A stretch of DNA of 55,334 bases, from sequence record SRR22947725_2388, one strand, 5' to 3'. Below the pieces are notes generated by a model. The model was not told where the DNA came from. It was given only the letters and a program-made list of their open reading frames with translations, and did no database searches. A program made the translations under genes and the position numbers. Shown here in pieces: positions 50,042 to 55,334 of the stretch; the first letter of the stretch is position 1; each line of letters begins with the position of its first letter.

Positions 50042-51988
50042 ATGAAGGAACCCCTTTTCTCTCCACTGAACAAGGAGGCTTTTTGGATCACCATCCAACG
50101 TTCACAGGATTACCTTTTGAACGCTCAGTTACCAGATGGATACTGGCAGGGCGAACTGCGGATTGACTGCACATTGGTGGCGGATACTATTTGCTTCAAG
50201 CATTGGGACGGAAAAGTGGACGAAGTCTGGCAGCGCAAGGCCGTAAATCATTTATTGAACCTGCAATTACCGGAAGGCGGATGGAATATATACCACGGAG
50301 GACCTGCCGAGGTGAACGCCACGATTAAATCTTATCTGGCACTCAAACTTGCTGGATTGACGGAAGCGGATCCTCGCATGTCACGCGCTCGCTCGGTTCT
50401 GCTGAACCTGGGTGGAGTCCCTCGGATGAACACTTTTTCAAAACTCTATCTTGCCTTGCTGGGGCTCTTTCCCTGGAAATATTTACCGACCATACCTTGC
50501 GAAGTGATTTTGATTGGCAACTGGTTTTATTTGAACTTTCACGAGATGAGTAACTGGACGCGCAGCATAATCGTACCCTTGTCCATCATCAATCATTTCA
50601 AGCCTACAAGGAAACTGCGTCATCCCGTGACAATCGATGAGTTGTATCCGGATGGTTTTCACGAACGTGATCTTCGGCTGCCGCACACCCCGGAGATTTT
50701 CTCATGGCGTAACTTGTTTCTAGCCCTTGATAAGGTGAATAAGTTAGCTGAGAAATTTGCACAATGGGGTATTCATCCATTCCGGAGACAGGCTTTGAGA
50801 AAGAGCGAAGATTGGATGCTGGAACGATTCGAGGGCGCTGATGGTTTGGGAGCTATCTGGCCATCGATGCTCAATTCGCTCATTGCGATGAAGGCAATGG
50901 GCTACGAGGATGACCACCCGCAGGTGTTGCGTGCCGAGCGTGAATTAAAGAAACTTGAGCACGAGACCGAAACTGAGGTGCGCATTGAACCTTGTCTTTC
51001 CCCTGTCTGGGACACGGCGATTGCCTGCGCTGCCTTAAGTGCTTCCGGAGTTTCACCTGCGAACCCCAGAATGAGGAAGGCGGCTGATTATTTAGTTTCC
51101 AAGGAAATCCGCTTCAGAGGAGACTGGAAATACAAGAACGAGGCCGATGTTGAACCCAGTGGGTGGGCTTTCGAGCATGAGAATAAATGGAGTCCTGATG
51201 TCGACGATTCCGCCATGGTGATGCTCGCCTTGAGGCGCATGCAATCCAGTGACAAAAAAGCCCAGCAATCCTGTCTCAAGCGTGGTTTGGAATGGCTCAT
51301 GACTTTTCAGTGCAAGGGGGGAGGCTGGGCTGCGTTCGATAAGGATTGCACCAAGAGCATCATGGAAAAAGTGCCCTTCGCGGATCACAATGCCATGCTT
51401 GACCCTGAGTGTGCAGATATCACCGCGCGCATACTGGAACTATTGGGAGTTGAGGGTCTTACCCTTGAGCATCCTCAAGTGAAACTGGGCGTTCAATACC
51501 TGCGCTCTCAGCAGGAGGAGGATGGCTCTTGGTACGGGCGTTGGGGGGTTAATTACCTTTATGGGACATGGCTTGCACTCAGGGGGCTGAGAGCCTTGAA
51601 AATGGATATGCACCAACCTTGGCTGCAGAAAGCCAAGGACTGGCTGGAGAGTGTTCAATTGAAAGACGGTGGTTGGGGTGAGCGTTGTAACAGCTATGAA
51701 TATCCTGTTTTAAAAGGCCAGGGACCTAGCACAGCTTCCCAAACGGCCTGGGCTGTCATGGGCCTTTGTGCTTTCGGTGATCCTGGCCTGCCAAGTCTCC
51801 ATCGAGGTATTCAGTATCTCATCGATATGCAATCCGAGGATGGTTCGTGGCCCGAGGAAGAGACAACGGGCACTGGATTTCCCCTCGTATTCTACCTTAA
51901 ATACGATATGTATCGGAATTCCTGGCCATTGCTTGCTCTGGCAACTTATCAGGATTTGCTCAAGGCGAATGCCAATGCATCCCTCTAA
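50042..51988 (+). CDS. shc: Squalene-hopene cyclase
   Basis: DXDD motif 'PDVDD', QW repeats (QLPDGYW, QLPEGGW, QEEDGSW, QLKDGGW, QSEDGSW), 'PCLSPVWDT', 'GTGFP', 'FYLKY'. Confidence 0.97.
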   Translation: MKEPLFSPLNKEAFWITIQRSQDYLLNAQLPDGYWQGELRIDCTLVADTICFKHWDGKVDEVWQRKAVNHLLNLQLPEGGWNIYHGGPAEVNATIKSYLALKLAGLTEADPRMSRARSVLLNLGGVPRMNTFSKLYLALLGLFPWKYLPTIPCEVILIGNWFYLNFHEMSNWTRSIIVPLSIINHFKPTRKLRHPVTIDELYPDGFHERDLRLPHTPEIFSWRNLFLALDKVNKLAEKFAQWGIHPFRRQALRKSEDWMLERFEGADGLGAIWPSMLNSLIAMKAMGYEDDHPQVLRAERELKKLEHETETEVRIEPCLSPVWDTAIACAALSASGVSPANPRMRKAADYLVSKEIRFRGDWKYKNEADVEPSGWAFEHENKWSPDVDDSAMVMLALRRMQSSDKKAQQSCLKRGLEWLMTFQCKGGGWAAFDKDCTKSIMEKVPFADHNAMLDPECADITARILELLGVEGLTLEHPQVKLGVQYLRSQQEEDGSWYGRWGVNYLYGTWLALRGLRALKMDMHQPWLQKAKDWLESVQLKDGGWGERCNSYEYPVLKGQGPSTASQTAWAVMGLCAFGDPGLPSLHRGIQYLIDMQSEDGSWPEEETTGTGFPLVFYLKYDMYRNSWPLLALATYQDLLKANANASL

Positions 51989-52048
51989 TTCATTCAGAGA
52001 TGCTTGGCTTCGAATCACACGTGTTGAACAATACCATATGATAGTTTA

Positions 52049-52678
52049 GTGAAAGCGCTGGTTTGTTTTGCTGTAGCTCAGGAAAAGCAATATTTCCATG
52101 TCCGTGAAAGTGTGCATGTGCTTGTTACTGGCATGGGGGCTTCTGCGGCAGGATGTACTCTTGCCAGATTACTCGAAGTTGAACATCCACGTTTAATCAT
52201 CGCCGCTGGCTTTGCGGGTGGCCTGAATCCCGAGTTAAAGCTCGGTCAAATGATACTCGATGATTCTGATCTGTCAGAGCATGGACTCAATCTATCGGGC
52301 CCCGCAGCGCTGTTTCATGGAAAGATTCACTCTGCCTCCAAAGTCATGGTGACCCCTTTTGAAAAGGCTTCCCTTCGGAAAGAGTCCAACGCGGATGCCG
52401 TTGACATGGAATCGTCAGCTGTTCGATCGATAGCAAGAAGTCATCGCATTCCCATGGTTGCACTGCGTGTGATTACCGACCCATACAATGAAGCATTGCC
52501 GCTTGATTTCAACCAGTTCATGGACACTGCTGGCAGCATGCGCTACGGAAGGCTTGGCTGCCATTTGCTCAGAAATCCCAGCACCGTCTCTGGACTCATC
52601 CAGTTTCAAAAGAAGTTGAAATATGCTGCTCAGCAACTGGGTGAAACCCTCAACTCACTCCTGGACACGTCTGCTTAG
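52049..52678 (+). CDS. hpnG: HpnG-like nucleoside phosphorylase (hopanoid-associated)
   Basis: PNP/MTAN motifs 'TGMG', 'GFAGGL', 'AVDMES', 'RVITD'. Directly downstream of shc. Confidence 0.72.
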   Translation: MKALVCFAVAQEKQYFHVRESVHVLVTGMGASAAGCTLARLLEVEHPRLIIAAGFAGGLNPELKLGQMILDDSDLSEHGLNLSGPAALFHGKIHSASKVMVTPFEKASLRKESNADAVDMESSAVRSIARSHRIPMVALRVITDPYNEALPLDFNQFMDTAGSMRYGRLGCHLLRNPSTVSGLIQFQKKLKYAAQQLGETLNSLLDTSA

Positions 52679-52720
52679 AAACACACTGGTCCTACCGAAG
52701 CTATTGGAGGTTCGTGTCGA

Positions 52721-53725
52721 TCAAGCTGCCCTGAGGAGCCTGAGGTAGCCGAATCCCACAAAACGTTGATTTTCCTCGTCATACAAACGGTAATTTACCG
52801 CTTTCAAGCTGGCCCACAGAGTGATTTGAGGCACATTTTGGAAGATTTCTTCGCTCTGGTGACACTTCTCCAGGTTGTAATTCGGTATTCTGGGGCCCAG
52901 ATGATGAATGTGATGGAACCCAATGTTGCCTGAAAACCATTGCAACACCTTTGGTAGTCTGTAAAAAGAGCTTCCTTCCAGCGCTGCTGTGAGGTAGTCC
53001 CAATCTTCACTTCTTTCCCAGTAAACTCCTTCAAACTGGTGCTGCACGTAAAAAAGCCATATTCCCAGCGAACCAGCCACCAGCATGACGCTTGCTTGTA
53101 TGATCAAGTAAGCCTGCCATCCGAAAATATAACTCATGGCCACTGCCATGGTGAGCACTCCGATATTTGTCCAAAAGACGCTTTTGCGCTCTCGCGGTGG
53201 AGATTTGGGGGTAGAAAAACGGTGTTTGATGAAAAATAATCCCAATGGACCAAACCCAAACAAAACGATTGGGTTACGAATGAATCGGTAGGCTATTTTC
53301 TTCCATTTGGATGATTCAAGATACTCCTTGACTGTCATGATCCAGACGTCACCCATACCGCGCCTGTCCAAATTGCCCGATGTGGAATGATGGACACCGT
53401 GCTCCCACCGCCATTGGAAATAGGGGGTAAACTCCAGAACCCCAAGAATGGACCCCAGCGTATGGTTTGCCTTCTGTGATTTGAAGAAGGATCCGTGGCC
53501 GCAATCATGGAAAATAATGAACACGCGCACCAGAAACCCACCTGCCAGCAAGATTAGTGGCAGAAGCAGCCAGTATGAAACGTTCATGGCATAATACATC
53601 ATCACCCACAATCCAGCGTAGGGAACCAAGGTGTTCACTATCTGCCATATCCCTCTAGCCACTGATTGCTTCTGATACTTTGCAATTATGGCCTTCCACG
53701 TAACCGTATTTGGTTTTTTACTCAT
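52721..53725 (-). CDS. Membrane fatty acid desaturase (Bacillus Des-like)
   Basis: His boxes HDCGH, HGVHH, HHIHH; 'WLFYVQHQFE', 'RIPNYNL'. Confidence 0.95.
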   Translation of the reverse strand: MSKKPNTVTWKAIIAKYQKQSVARGIWQIVNTLVPYAGLWVMMYYAMNVSYWLLLPLILLAGGFLVRVFIIFHDCGHGSFFKSQKANHTLGSILGVLEFTPYFQWRWEHGVHHSTSGNLDRRGMGDVWIMTVKEYLESSKWKKIAYRFIRNPIVLFGFGPLGLFFIKHRFSTPKSPPRERKSVFWTNIGVLTMAVAMSYIFGWQAYLIIQASVMLVAGSLGIWLFYVQHQFEGVYWERSEDWDYLTAALEGSSFYRLPKVLQWFSGNIGFHHIHHLGPRIPNYNLEKCHQSEEIFQNVPQITLWASLKAVNYRLYDEENQRFVGFGYLRLLRAA

Positions 53726-53941
53726 TCGCGTAATCAATTTGCAGCCTTATTTGAAATCAGCCAAATTGTTTTTATTAGAAATTTCTTCTTTTTTGAAATA
53801 TTTTCTGAAAATGGCAAGCCAGATTTTTTGTAACTGGTTGTTTCCTAATAAAAAGGCACATAAACAGGGTGCATTGCTTATTTGCAGCCAGGTCGACAAA
53901 TTCATAGTTGACCTCCAGCTGATGCCTTTCAAAATGATTTC

Positions 53942-55108
53942 ATGGAATCAAGCATTGAGCATAGTCGACGTGACTTTCTGGGCAAGATGGCTTCATCCGG
54001 TCTCGTTCTAGGGGCTCCTTGGATTCGAGCCAGTACTGCGGAACCTTTGGTCAAGATACTGGATTTGAAAAAAATCAGTAGGTCACCTGAAATGTACCAT
54101 GGCTGGCCCACTTTATCTCTTTTGCAAAATGGCGAAATGGTCCTCGCCTGGTCTGGTGGTAGAGAAGGTCATGTATGCCCATTTGGGCAGGTTCATTACA
54201 TGAAATCGCGCGATGGGGGGGAACACTGGTGCTGGCCCAGAGTCATTTTGGATAGTGGTTTGGATGACCGCGATGCAGGTGTTCTTGAAACCAGAAGCGG
54301 TACCTTGCTAGTCACTACCTTCAGTTCTCTGGCTTACGAGCCGATTTTTCGGCGAGCGCTTGCATCAGGAGACTGGGATTCCAAACGGATTCGGCGTTGG
54401 ACAGCAGCCCATAACCGCCTTGATAGTGAGGCCCGAGAACGTGAATTGGGACAATGGATGATACGTTCCGAGGATGGAGGTAAATCCTGGTCTCGCCAAT
54501 ACGATTCCATTGTCAACAGCCCGCATGGGCCTATTCAATTGATGAGTGGCAGATTGGTATACGCCGGAAAAGAGCTCTGGACAGACAGACAGCGGGTTGG
54601 CCTCTGTGAATCTTCGGATGATGGGAAATCCTGGCGATGGTTATCGGAAATTCCTGCACGCGATGGGGATGATCCCAGAAATTATCATGAGCTTCATGCG
54701 GTTGAAATGCCCGACAGAAGGATCGTCGTTCACATACGCAATCATAATCCTGCGCACGCCCAAGAAACTCTTCAGTGCGAATCATCCGATGGAGGCAGGT
54801 CCTGGACCAAGCCCCGAAGTATTGGTGTATGGGGCTTGCCCTCCCATTTGCTGGGTCTTTCAGATGGCAGAGTCCTGATGACTTATGGTTATCGAAGACC
54901 TCCCTTTGGCAATCAGATTCGAATCAGCGAGGATGGACGCAAATGGTCTGCTCCAAGGACTATTTCAGATGATGGCGCCTCGGTGGATCTCGGATACCCC
55001 AGCACCGTACAATTGAAGGATGGCACATTTGTAACCGTTTGGTATGAACTTCCCAGAAATGCCTCAAACGCCGTGTTACGACAAGCGAGATGGGTATTGG
55101 AAAGCTGA
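53942..55108 (+). CDS. Tat-exported Asp-box/BNR (sialidase-fold) protein
   Basis: Tat SRRDFLG; Asp-boxes SRDGGEHW, SEDGGKSW, SSDDGKSW, SSDGGRSW, SEDGRKW; 'DLGYPS'. Confidence 0.88.
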   Translation: MESSIEHSRRDFLGKMASSGLVLGAPWIRASTAEPLVKILDLKKISRSPEMYHGWPTLSLLQNGEMVLAWSGGREGHVCPFGQVHYMKSRDGGEHWCWPRVILDSGLDDRDAGVLETRSGTLLVTTFSSLAYEPIFRRALASGDWDSKRIRRWTAAHNRLDSEARERELGQWMIRSEDGGKSWSRQYDSIVNSPHGPIQLMSGRLVYAGKELWTDRQRVGLCESSDDGKSWRWLSEIPARDGDDPRNYHELHAVEMPDRRIVVHIRNHNPAHAQETLQCESSDGGRSWTKPRSIGVWGLPSHLLGLSDGRVLMTYGYRRPPFGNQIRISEDGRKWSAPRTISDDGASVDLGYPSTVQLKDGTFVTVWYELPRNASNAVLRQARWVLES

Positions 55109-55301
55109 ACAAATCAATAACGGGGATTTGTAAAACATTCTGCACCATTATTTTGGGCTACTTTACATGGTCTTTATGGGAGACTGCACCATCGAACTGA
55201 TTTTGAATCTCATGTTGCGCATGCATTCGGGTCAGGAAGTATTCGAAAACAAACCTCGTTTTCAGCTGTCCCATAAATTTGCAAAAGCCATTGAAACCAG
55301 T

Positions 55302-55334
55302 AAAAAAGCCCAACAGCTGATCAGCTGTTGGGCT
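55302..55334 (-). terminator. Probable terminator for a gene beyond the window end
   Basis: A6 followed by the palindrome AGCCCAACAGCTGA|TCAGCTGTTGGGCT, which reads as hairpin plus U-tract on the minus strand. Confidence 0.6.

Overview
This is a gene-dense, mid-GC chromosomal window. It most likely comes from a PVC-superphylum bacterium, probably Verrucomicrobiota; that is inferred from the PSCyt/DUF1549/DUF1553 + DUF1501 module, several sulfatases and an 'EPxYxGxxISxW'-type HEAT-repeat protein. Transport genes: a 5'-truncated FecA-like TonB-dependent receptor followed by a six-gene TtpB/TtpC-type TonB operon with a candidate Fur box, a second TonB/TolA-ExbB-ExbD motor, and an MFS/beta-propeller operon. 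Housekeeping genes: mfd, htpG, trpF, rplM-rpsI, trpS and eno. Enzymes and other proteins: a sulfatase-DUF1501-PSCyt cluster, a ThuA-like protein, a Tat-exported Hyi-like protein, a HEAT protein, an exported cyclophilin/methyltransferase/sulfatase trio, a GcvT-family flavoprotein, an ArsM-like methyltransferase, a PhoD-like phosphatase, a Tat-exported Gfo/Idh/MocA oxidoreductase, a lipid cluster (UPF0104, GT4, shc, hpnG-like, fatty acid desaturase) and an Asp-box protein. No rRNA, tRNA, CRISPR array or mobile element was recognised by eye. The most unusual element is the ORF at 46404-47111. It begins with a ParB-type ParA-activating peptide (KKTLGRGLSQLM, plus a degenerate second copy) but has no ParB/HTH domain, carrying instead a transmembrane hairpin and an unknown C-terminal domain. 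All calls come from motif recognition without database searches.
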